A DNA stretch of 57,273 nt from an uncultured virus (IMG/VR IMGVR_UViG_3300025032_000461) (lineage: Duplodnaviria > Heunggongvirae > Uroviricota > Caudoviricetes): the IMG/VR virus record IMGVR_UViG_3300025032_000461. One strand, given 5' to 3'. The notes beneath the pieces are model-generated. The model was given only the letters and a program-made list of their open reading frames with translations, had not been told where the DNA came from and searched no databases. The translations under genes and the position numbers were made by a program. Below, piece by piece: positions 1 through 8,608 of this stretch. How positions within the stretch are numbered: position 1 is the stretch's first letter; each line of letters opens with the position of its first letter.

Positions 1-484
1 TTCTCTTTAATGATATTCTGTTTAAAGATAGCTGTAACTAAGAAAACTATTTATCACATGGAATGCGGATCTCTAAAAATACCATTCCAAATATTTTTTT
101 CTTTTGTAGATTTAATTTCATTAAGCAAATCTACGCAGTTATGGATGGGGTATTCTTGACGTCTTTCAGATAAAAAATATTGGTTTTTTATTTTTTATTT
201 TCTATTTTCTTAAAATTTTATTTTTTATTTTCTATTTTCTATTCTCTATTTTCTTAAAAGTTGTTAACATATATGGTAAATAAAACAAAAAAAATTTTTT
301 ATATTTACATATAATAAACATCTACTTATATTGTTTTACAATTTTTGAATAAAAATACACTTTCTTATATTTTTTTATTAATTTAAAACCTTTTACATAA
401 ACATACTTAACCTCAACCTTATATTGAAAAATTTTTTTTGAGTGATATTATGTTTTTTAAGAGTATAAAAATTAAGGAAAAAAT

Positions 485-3400
485 ATGTTTAAAAAAAGTT
501 CAAGCCAGTATGGATTAATTCTATCCTTATTATTATCTGCAAATATAGTTTCGGCTAGTGAGAATAATTATTCATGTTCTGCGGATAATTATTCATTTAA
601 AGAATGCAAGTTTGAATTACCTACAATATTACATGGTCAAACAAAATTAGAAAGCGTTGACAATGGAGTATTTCAAGGAACAGCACTTGTCCTTTGCAAT
701 AATGGTAAAAAAACAATTATTAGCGAAAGCTGTGATTATGTTCAAGGCGCTCCTGATTCTTGTAAGGGAATACCTTCCAATACTTGGACTGGCTATGGTG
801 ACTCTATGTGTTCTCACTCTTCTGTTTCAATATCCGTTGCAAATGGAGATGAATATAAGGTTAGCTCAATTAAAAATAATGGCTATGTTAAATATTCTTG
901 CGAAGATAGCAAACTAACTGTTAAATCAAGTGAATGCACACGCCCTGAAAGCACAACAATAACAACAGCATCTTCTGGTTCTCAGTGCGTATCAAAATCA
1001 TATTCTTCCAACGCAGAATATGACCATATCAATAAAAAGTGGATTCCGATTGCTCCTAGTGATAATTTCTGCATTAATGAAGGTTTCGATTATTTAGACT
1101 CATATACAGATATCTCTACGCAATCAAACTTAAATACAGAACATAAAGGCTATTTCAATACTGTTTGTTGCTCAAACGACACATTAGATAGCCCTAATCC
1201 TTCAATTATTGTAACACCAATATCAAATGATTGTGCAACAATTTCTGGTGTTATTTCTGGCGATCTAAATGAAATAACTGGTGTCGCTAGTAATGCACCA
1301 AGTAGCCTAAAATTATTAAACTCAATGTGCAAGCCTAATGGTTATTCTAAAATTGAAAGCTTTAGTGCAAAAAATGCAACAAATGGATCTTATACATTTA
1401 TTGACGAATTTCAAGTAACGGCAAGTTGTTGTGGAAATAACTCTATTGCAGATAATAACACTGAATGTAAGGGCGCTTTTTTATCTTCAGGCATTAATGC
1501 TCAATTAGAAGCACAATCTTTTGGAATACCATTCTTGTGTGATAGTTCAAGTGGTTCTATGGAGTGCTTTAAAAATACATGTACACCTTTCATTGCAGAG
1601 GAAGAGCTATGTGCTGAGTGTGTTTTAGGGAAATATTCTTTTAACGCAAACTCTAATCACTGCATAGCAGATTTCCCCATTATTCTTACAGGTCACGAAA
1701 GTTTACAAAAAATATACAATGACACTCATAGTGGATATGCAGACGTAAGCTGTAATAATGGTGTTAGCAGCTTAGATGACGCACGTTGTTTTAATAACTG
1801 CCTTAAAAAAAGAGTTACTTGGGAAAATAAAAATAAGACTGCCGTATGTTACTTTGATTTACCAAACAATAAATATAGACACTATCTTGAACCAACTGAT
1901 AATGATAGGACAAATCCTAATTTATCAATTGGCGACAAAACGGATAGAATTATTTCAATTGCACACACTGGTATTGCTGAGTTCCATTGTGATGATGGAA
2001 ATTGGGTTGAGAATTCTGAAGATTTAAAATCTCCAATTTGTTTTGCAAGTTGTAGTGCTAAAACAGCGATGTGGGGTTCTGGAATGTCAAAGGACGGTAG
2101 AGATAAGACAAATGCTTGTCAATCAACATTGCCAAATCAAAGACATTTTAAGCAGCCTGATTTTTCTTCGGCTGATGGAATTGATCCAATGATTAATTCC
2201 AAGGAAGATCCATTACTTAGCTTAACAACAAATAATATAAATAGTGGTGCAGCAAAATTCCGCTGCAATGATGGTAATTGGGAAATTAATGGAAGTCAAA
2301 CATGTAATCTTGATTGTAATGCACAGACTGTTTCTTGGACTGAAAAAGGAGCAACAGCTTCCGCAAATGTAGCAGCCAATAAACATGGAACCACACTTTA
2401 TAACGTTGTCGCTACTAGTGGGATTAATCTTGGTAAATCCGAAAATAATAAATCTACCAGCTCCGTAACTAACTTAGTTTGTGATGATGGTCGATACATA
2501 CCAGTTGCTCCTGTTGTTGCTGAAGATTGTAAAGCTGGATCTATTACAAGAAGTAGCCCCAATTTAGCGAATGCCTGCAATTTTAGTTGGGGAACATTAA
2601 GACATACTAATTCTGGTAAATTATTATCTTCTACTAATTCAGGTTCTGTAAATTATTCTTGTAATGACGGAAAAATGGAAATTGATGCAAATAGTCTAGT
2701 TTGCAATGCATCTTGTGCCTCTACAACAGTTTCTTGGGCAAGAACTTCTGGACTATCTTCTTCGTGCTTAACTGGATTTACAAAAGTAGGTGAAGTTTGT
2801 AAAAAGAATACGGTAGTTATTCCAACTTGTTCTTCTGGATTAACATTCAATAACGCAACTGATCAGTGTGAGCAATCTAATCTTGCAAAAACCTCATACC
2901 CTGCGGTCTCTGCTTGCGAAGGTGCTTATGCCAATTACAATGAAAATGGTTTTTCTTGTGAAAAATCATACAATAATATTCCAAAATGCTCACAAGGCTT
3001 AATATTTAATGGAAATGAATGCGAATCTCCTTCTGGAATACATGATAACGGTTCTTGGAGTTGTCCTTCAGGATATGATTATCACTCTAATTACACAATA
3101 AAAGATGGAGTAAAAGCAGAACTTTATTATACCAATGTTTGTGTAAAAAGCATATCTAAACAACCTAATTGTGCTACTGGATATTCATTTAACACAACCA
3201 CTGGAACTTGCACTACTAATTCTCTTACTTCTGCTCAACTTTCTTGTAGAGCCGCTACTGGAACGTACTCACTTCTTGTTACTCCTTCAATGGCTTCTGC
3301 ATATACAAATATAACACGAGTCATTAACAATTGCAGCGATTTAAGTATTAATGGTCAATGTTGTATTAAAAGTAATTATAGTTGTCGAAATCAAGGTCTT

Positions 3401-5479
3401 GATCTATCTTTTGACTGTAATGATTGGGAAGCTTATGTTCCTGAAACAACTTGCACTTCTGGTAGTTCATTTAATACCATTAGTAAAAAATGTGCTATTG
3501 TCTCTTCAAAATCAGCAACTTGTGAAAATAATTATACATTATCTGGCAATTATTGCATTACAAATAGTGTAATTGACGCTAGTCTTAAATGCAATGACGG
3601 TTCTGCTGCACCTTGTAACGATCCTGTTACTGCACAGGCTACATGTAGCCCCATTACATTGGAAGATGGTTCTATTGCCATACCTTCATTTAATGCACCA
3701 TTTTGTATATATCAACATTTTGCCAATAATGCAGCCTCAAGGACTTGTCCAAGTGGAGGCTCAGCAATTGGTAATGTTTGTTATGTTAATTCTAATATAA
3801 TAAAAGTTGAGGCACCCACTTGCTCTAATGGTGGTTCTTTAAATAAAATAACTAATTTATGCGAAGCAACAGAAACTATGATTCCAAGAAGTTTTGAACC
3901 TGTAAGGTGCTCTGCTGCTATTGGATTTGGCACTCACTTAACTAATGGATCTATTACAGATAACACTCAAAATGGTGCCACAGGCTCTGCTTCTATGGTT
4001 TGTATCGATGGCAACTGGGTAGCTAACAATTCATTTTGTGCGCAAGACTGTTCACCTATTATTTCTGCAAGCACTAACTCTAATGGTACTATGTCTTGGT
4101 CTACTGGTGAATCTCTTTCTTCCAATCATCCTGCATATGGAATGCAATGTTCTACCAATAACATATCTATGTCTAATTATTCTCACTCTTCAAAAAGTGG
4201 AATTAATACAACTAAGAATTCAGGTGCTCAATTAGTTGGGAACATTGTTTATCAATGTGTTGATGGATTATGGAACACATTATCTTCAAGCTGTTCAAGA
4301 GTTACTTGTTCTGCGACAAACTCTTCGTTCTCAGGATTATCAACCTGTAATGTTTCTGTGCCTTCTATGAAGTGGGGAGATTCAAATACTCTTAATCAAC
4401 CGCTTGGTTTTTCAGGCCAAACTGATGCAATATACATTTGTGGTGATTCTGGAACTTCACGATTATCAAATACACCTGATTGTAATGCTGATTGCAATAT
4501 TACATCAGCAAACCTAAACTATAATTGGGCGGCAGAATATGCTGGTTGTTCTTTAAATAACAGTAACTATCTTGATCATAAAGAGAAAACAACGATCAAA
4601 GATTCCAGTGGGTCTTCAAGAGGAACAACTACATTAATTTGTGATAATGGAGTTATCTCTAAAAACGGTAATTTATGTCGTAAAGCAACAGCTAGAAACA
4701 CAACAGTTTATTGGAATAATACAAACGGCACAAATGGCACTTCTGGTAGCTGCTCTGCTACACTACCTAATGATATTATGTTAGGTGGCGCGTCTTATGG
4801 TGCAACTGATTGTGTTAGTGTCTCTAATGCCAGTAGTTCTTTTTCAGGTAGTGCAACTATATGTGCAACTGCCACTGGGATGATTAAAACTTCTGGAACT
4901 TGTAATGCCAGTTGTAATGCTACTAGTGTAAATTGGAGTAATTGTTCTGGAACTACCTCTTCTAGAACTCACGGTGGATCTGTTTCTGTTACTGATGGTG
5001 CTAGCGGTTCTTATACTGGTAGTGCGACTGCCAATTGTAATAATGGTAGTTGGTCTTTAACTAATACTTCTTGTGCTGCAACTTGTTCAACAACACCATA
5101 TGCTTCAACTTGTTCTAGTGGTTTCTCTTATAACTCAACAAGTAAAATGTGTGAAAAATCAGGTGGAAGTGCAACATGGTCTTATGTTAGAAATCTCGAT
5201 GAAGAAATGAGTACAGGTAATTCAGTTTGTAATGCTAAAAACACAAACACTGTAACACCTATTAGGACTGGGAGTTGTTCTACTATTGGCGAGCAATATT
5301 CAGCTAATCAGTGTTCAAACAATTGTGAGGTACCAGAAGGAAGACCTGGTGATTATAGAAATCAATATTGCACAAGAACAATACAAACATGCTCAACAAG
5401 TATTGTAACCCAATCACCAACCTGCCCTTCAGGAGCAAGCTTAGTTAATGGTATGTGTGTAAATAGTTGTTCAAATTAA
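485..5479 (+). CDS. Large secreted cysteine-rich repeat protein (adhesin-like; TraN/PilV-like modules)
   Basis: AAGGA RBS and N-terminal signal peptide (ILSLLLSANIVSA). Many 'H..G.....C.DG.W....C' modules flank a central block of 'CP.GY....C' modules. Ser/Thr/Asn/Cys-rich. Confidence 0.7.
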   Translation: MFKKSSSQYGLILSLLLSANIVSASENNYSCSADNYSFKECKFELPTILHGQTKLESVDNGVFQGTALVLCNNGKKTIISESCDYVQGAPDSCKGIPSNTWTGYGDSMCSHSSVSISVANGDEYKVSSIKNNGYVKYSCEDSKLTVKSSECTRPESTTITTASSGSQCVSKSYSSNAEYDHINKKWIPIAPSDNFCINEGFDYLDSYTDISTQSNLNTEHKGYFNTVCCSNDTLDSPNPSIIVTPISNDCATISGVISGDLNEITGVASNAPSSLKLLNSMCKPNGYSKIESFSAKNATNGSYTFIDEFQVTASCCGNNSIADNNTECKGAFLSSGINAQLEAQSFGIPFLCDSSSGSMECFKNTCTPFIAEEELCAECVLGKYSFNANSNHCIADFPIILTGHESLQKIYNDTHSGYADVSCNNGVSSLDDARCFNNCLKKRVTWENKNKTAVCYFDLPNNKYRHYLEPTDNDRTNPNLSIGDKTDRIISIAHTGIAEFHCDDGNWVENSEDLKSPICFASCSAKTAMWGSGMSKDGRDKTNACQSTLPNQRHFKQPDFSSADGIDPMINSKEDPLLSLTTNNINSGAAKFRCNDGNWEINGSQTCNLDCNAQTVSWTEKGATASANVAANKHGTTLYNVVATSGINLGKSENNKSTSSVTNLVCDDGRYIPVAPVVAEDCKAGSITRSSPNLANACNFSWGTLRHTNSGKLLSSTNSGSVNYSCNDGKMEIDANSLVCNASCASTTVSWARTSGLSSSCLTGFTKVGEVCKKNTVVIPTCSSGLTFNNATDQCEQSNLAKTSYPAVSACEGAYANYNENGFSCEKSYNNIPKCSQGLIFNGNECESPSGIHDNGSWSCPSGYDYHSNYTIKDGVKAELYYTNVCVKSISKQPNCATGYSFNTTTGTCTTNSLTSAQLSCRAATGTYSLLVTPSMASAYTNITRVINNCSDLSINGQCCIKSNYSCRNQGLDLSFDCNDWEAYVPETTCTSGSSFNTISKKCAIVSSKSATCENNYTLSGNYCITNSVIDASLKCNDGSAAPCNDPVTAQATCSPITLEDGSIAIPSFNAPFCIYQHFANNAASRTCPSGGSAIGNVCYVNSNIIKVEAPTCSNGGSLNKITNLCEATETMIPRSFEPVRCSAAIGFGTHLTNGSITDNTQNGATGSASMVCIDGNWVANNSFCAQDCSPIISASTNSNGTMSWSTGESLSSNHPAYGMQCSTNNISMSNYSHSSKSGINTTKNSGAQLVGNIVYQCVDGLWNTLSSSCSRVTCSATNSSFSGLSTCNVSVPSMKWGDSNTLNQPLGFSGQTDAIYICGDSGTSRLSNTPDCNADCNITSANLNYNWAAEYAGCSLNNSNYLDHKEKTTIKDSSGSSRGTTTLICDNGVISKNGNLCRKATARNTTVYWNNTNGTNGTSGSCSATLPNDIMLGGASYGATDCVSVSNASSSFSGSATICATATGMIKTSGTCNASCNATSVNWSNCSGTTSSRTHGGSVSVTDGASGSYTGSATANCNNGSWSLTNTSCAATCSTTPYASTCSSGFSYNSTSKMCEKSGGSATWSYVRNLDEEMSTGNSVCNAKNTNTVTPIRTGSCSTIGEQYSANQCSNNCEVPEGRPGDYRNQYCTRTIQTCSTSIVTQSPTCPSGASLVNGMCVNSCSN

Positions 5480-5512
5480 ATTATTTACTAATATTTATTA
5501 AAAAAATAATTA

Positions 5513-5543
5513 AAAAAAACCAACATATTTATGTTGGTTTTTT
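5513..5543. terminator. Bidirectional intrinsic terminator
   Basis: AAAAAAACCAACAT-attt-ATGTTGGTTTTTTT hairpin between convergent genes. Confidence 0.85.
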
Positions 5544-5563
5544 ATTTTTATATTATTAAAAAA

Positions 5564-7375
5564 CTACTCATTACTCAAATGCTTATTTATTACCTCTATA
5601 AATAAACCGCCATAATTTCTTAACTTTACATCCCCTACACCATTTACCTTTAACATTTTGTTTGGGTTATTCGCTTTTAAAAAAATCATGTCCTTAAGTG
5701 TATCATCATTAAATATTAAGTAAGGAGGCATATTCTTGCTTTTAGATATTTTCATTCTAAGCTCTTTAAGTTTTAGAAATAAAATTTCATCTTCAAGAGA
5801 CATTCCTATTTTTACAATATTCTGAGTCAATCTTTTTCCTTTTTGAACAATATGTTTGCTAAGGCGTATTTTTTCAATACCCTTTAAAATAGGAACCCCT
5901 TTATTAGTTAGCCTCAAAGATCCATAAATATGATTGAGATCGATATAGCCCATTACAATAAGTTGCCTAAATATTGTTTTCCAATTTGATTCAGACAGGT
6001 CTTTCCCAAGACCAAATACATTTAGTTCATTATGCTTATTTGCAATATTTCTTGGATTTTCTTTTCCCATTAAAATCGCAACAATATAATTAACCCCATA
6101 TATTTGTCCAGTTCTACACATTGCTGATAAAGCTTTTTGCACATAAATTGAGGCATCTTCCGTTTGTTTCGGATTTAAACAATTATCACAGTTATTACAG
6201 TTTTTATCTAGTGTGTCACCAAAATATCCCATCAGCACTTGTCTTCTACAACTTACCACTTCGCATAGTGAAAACATTGTATCTATATTATTTCTTTCAA
6301 GCCTTTTATGCTGCTCATCCCCTCCCGATCTTTCAAGTATTTGCAGCCTCTTGGCGACATCTTCCACTCCATATAACATCCAAGCTACAGAAGGTTCACC
6401 ATCTCTACCTGCACGGCCTGTTTCTTGATAGTATGCCTCAATGCTTGAAGGCAAATCCATATGGCACACAAAACGTACATTTGGCTTATCAATTCCCATT
6501 CCAAATGCTATTGTTGCCACAATAATTACTTTTTCATTTTTTAAAAATAAATTTAAATGCTTTTCTCTTTCCTCAATACTTAGTCCTGCATGATATGGAT
6601 ATGCATTATAGCCTTCATCTTGTAGCAATTTTGCAAATTCCTCAACTCTTCTTCTTGTCATACAATAGACTATACCTGAGTCTTCCTCATGGTTTTCAGA
6701 TATATAGTCCACAAGCTGTTCTGATTCTTGACTTTTACTTTCAATTACATAAGTTATATTTGGCCTATCAAAACTTCCCACAAACTGTTTTGCTGAAGTT
6801 AATCCCAAATTATTAATGATTTCATTTCTTGTTAATTCATTTGCCGTAGCTGTTAAGGCTATTTTAGGCACATTTGGAAAATCAACTGAAATCACACCGA
6901 GATTCAAATAATCAGTCCTAAAAGAATGACCCCATTGAGAAACACAGTGAGATTCATCTATTGCAAAAAGACTCACATTCATTTTCTTTACTGTTTCATA
7001 AAATACATTGTTTAATAATCTTTCAGGCGACACATATAATAGCTTTACTTGCCCATTTAATACTTTATGAATTATTTCGCTTTGCTTTTGTTGACTTAAT
7101 GTTGAATTTAAGTATTCAGCACTTACCCCCATTTCCTTTAAAGAACCAACTTGATCTTGCATTAATGCAATAATTGGTGTAATAATAATTGCAACTCCAT
7201 TAAGAATTAGGGCGGGTATTTGATAACAAACAGACTTTCCCCCACCTGTTGGCATAATAACAGAGGCACTTCTTCCCTTTAAAATTTCCTCAATAATTTC
7301 GTCTTGTGGAGATCTAAATGAATTATAACCGAAATATTTATTTAATGTTTGTAGGGCAATATCTTTACTTTGCAT
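5564..7375 (-). CDS. recQ: ATP-dependent DNA helicase RecQ (helicase, Zn/RQC and HRDC domains)
   Basis: MPTGGGKS, DESHCVSQWGHSFR, ALTATA, ATIAFGMGIDKPNVRFV, YYQETGRAGRDG, CRR...CNNCDNC and C-terminal HRDC (PPYLIFND). Start placed at ATG 7375 after AGAGG. Confidence 0.97.
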   Translation of the reverse strand: MQSKDIALQTLNKYFGYNSFRSPQDEIIEEILKGRSASVIMPTGGGKSVCYQIPALILNGVAIIITPIIALMQDQVGSLKEMGVSAEYLNSTLSQQKQSEIIHKVLNGQVKLLYVSPERLLNNVFYETVKKMNVSLFAIDESHCVSQWGHSFRTDYLNLGVISVDFPNVPKIALTATANELTRNEIINNLGLTSAKQFVGSFDRPNITYVIESKSQESEQLVDYISENHEEDSGIVYCMTRRRVEEFAKLLQDEGYNAYPYHAGLSIEEREKHLNLFLKNEKVIIVATIAFGMGIDKPNVRFVCHMDLPSSIEAYYQETGRAGRDGEPSVAWMLYGVEDVAKRLQILERSGGDEQHKRLERNNIDTMFSLCEVVSCRRQVLMGYFGDTLDKNCNNCDNCLNPKQTEDASIYVQKALSAMCRTGQIYGVNYIVAILMGKENPRNIANKHNELNVFGLGKDLSESNWKTIFRQLIVMGYIDLNHIYGSLRLTNKGVPILKGIEKIRLSKHIVQKGKRLTQNIVKIGMSLEDEILFLKLKELRMKISKSKNMPPYLIFNDDTLKDMIFLKANNPNKMLKVNGVGDVKLRNYGGLFIEVINKHLSNE

Positions 7376-7704
7376 TTCCATACCTCTTTTACTATATATC
7401 ATTTTATTATAACACAACCATTTATAATTTTCCATTACTTTATTTTAAACTATATCTTCTCAAAATATATTTAGTATAATACTTATTTCCAATCAGTTTA
7501 TTGCTATTACTTTTATTAAAATTTCCTTCCCATTATTATTTTTATATTTTTTTTTACTTTAATATAAATATTGTATATACTATAATATAAAGCCTGATTT
7601 TCCTTTTAAAAAAAAGATTTTTATCATTAGTACTATTGCTTTTCATTAAATAAATGATACGATTTAATTAATGAAAATATCCAACCAAAAAAGAGGTAAA
7701 CACT

Positions 7705-8370
7705 ATGCAACAAGCACCACAAGATTCAGTAGTTTTTTCAGGCTTCCTAAATCACTTTAAATGGAATGAAAGCGGTAAATCAGCTTTTGTTTTTCTTTCT
7801 GTAAGCGATCAAGATGCTAACGGTAACACTACTTACAAATCAGTTCCACTAACTGTTACTAGTAAGTTGGCTAATATGCTTTCTGCAAAACATGATCAAA
7901 TTAAGCAGGCTAAGGCTCAAAATCAGAAAATGTCTGTATTAATTCAGGTCTATTCTGCGAAAATATCCTCTTATGCACAGCCACAAGCTGATGGTTCTGA
8001 GGGTTTCCCTAATCCACAGATTACTGCTTTCCGCGCTAGACATATTTCTATGGACGCACAAAGACAAGTTTTGGATGATTCTGAAAACCCAATGTGGGCT
8101 GGTCAACCATCACCAGCTCAGCAGCAGTATGCACCGCAGCCAGCTCAACAGCAGTATGCACCGCAGCCAGCTCAACAGCAGTATGCACCGCAGCCAGCTC
8201 AACAGCAATATGCACCGCAGCCAGCTCAACAGCAGTATGCACCGCAGCCAGCTCAACAGCAGTATGCACCGCAGCCAGCTCAACAGCAGTATGCACCGCA
8301 GCCATCTCAACAGCAGTATGCACCAACTAATTCAACTATAAATCCTGATGACGATGATATTCCATTTTAA
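7705..8370 (+). CDS. ssb: Single-stranded DNA-binding protein (divergent OB fold, Q/P-rich linker, acidic tip)
   Basis: GAGG RBS, C-terminal DDDDIPF typical of SSB, Q/P-rich linker, N-terminal beta-rich domain, divergent from recQ. Confidence 0.75.
   Translation: MQQAPQDSVVFSGFLNHFKWNESGKSAFVFLSVSDQDANGNTTYKSVPLTVTSKLANMLSAKHDQIKQAKAQNQKMSVLIQVYSAKISSYAQPQADGSEGFPNPQITAFRARHISMDAQRQVLDDSENPMWAGQPSPAQQQYAPQPAQQQYAPQPAQQQYAPQPAQQQYAPQPAQQQYAPQPAQQQYAPQPAQQQYAPQPSQQQYAPTNSTINPDDDDIPF
8113..8328 (+). repeat. 27-bp coding tandem repeat x8 (PAQQQYAPQ)
   Basis: CCAGCTCAACAGCAGTATGCACCGCAG repeated 8 times nearly perfectly, with no spacers. Confidence 0.97.
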
Positions 8371-8445
8371 TATTGAATAATTAGGTTAGTAAATAACCAT
8401 CCTATAAAGCAAATGGTTAAGATCCTATTTTTGCCAAGAGATGAT

Positions 8446-8481
8446 AAAAAAAGAAATCAATAATATTGATTTCTTTTTTTT
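8446..8481. terminator. Intrinsic terminator-like hairpin downstream of ssb
   Basis: AAAAAAAGAAATCAAT-aat-ATTGATTTCTTTTTTT, 16-bp perfect stem. Confidence 0.75.
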
Positions 8482-8548
8482 ATTGCAATGATAGCAATAA
8501 TGTGCTCTTAACCCATTGCTTATTCTTGTTAATTCCCATTAAAATACT

Positions 8549-8577
8549 TGACTTTTATGCCTTGCTTTGTTAAAATA
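8549..8577 (+). promoter_or_regulatory. sigma70-like promoter for the DPP III gene
   Basis: TTGACT-17nt-TAAAAT upstream of the AAGGA RBS and ATG 8609. Confidence 0.6.
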
Positions 8578-8608
8578 TTTATTAAATATAATAAAAGGAA
8601 ATAAATTT

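Noticed and set aside
1..270. Short duplication (TTTTATTTTTTATTTTCTATTTTCT x2, ~186-240) and coding-like minus-strand fragments
   Set aside because: The sequence is low-complexity and interrupted by stops. It may be a decayed gene, but I cannot support a call.
8113..8328. 27-bp repeats as a CRISPR array
   Set aside because: They are head-to-tail with no spacers, in frame within ssb, and no cas genes are present.
7973..8341. Alternative-frame ORFs over the ssb repeat (7973+, 8048-, 8094+, 8110-)
   Set aside because: They are artefacts of a stop-free tandem repeat. Only the ssb frame has an RBS and a meaningful C-terminus.
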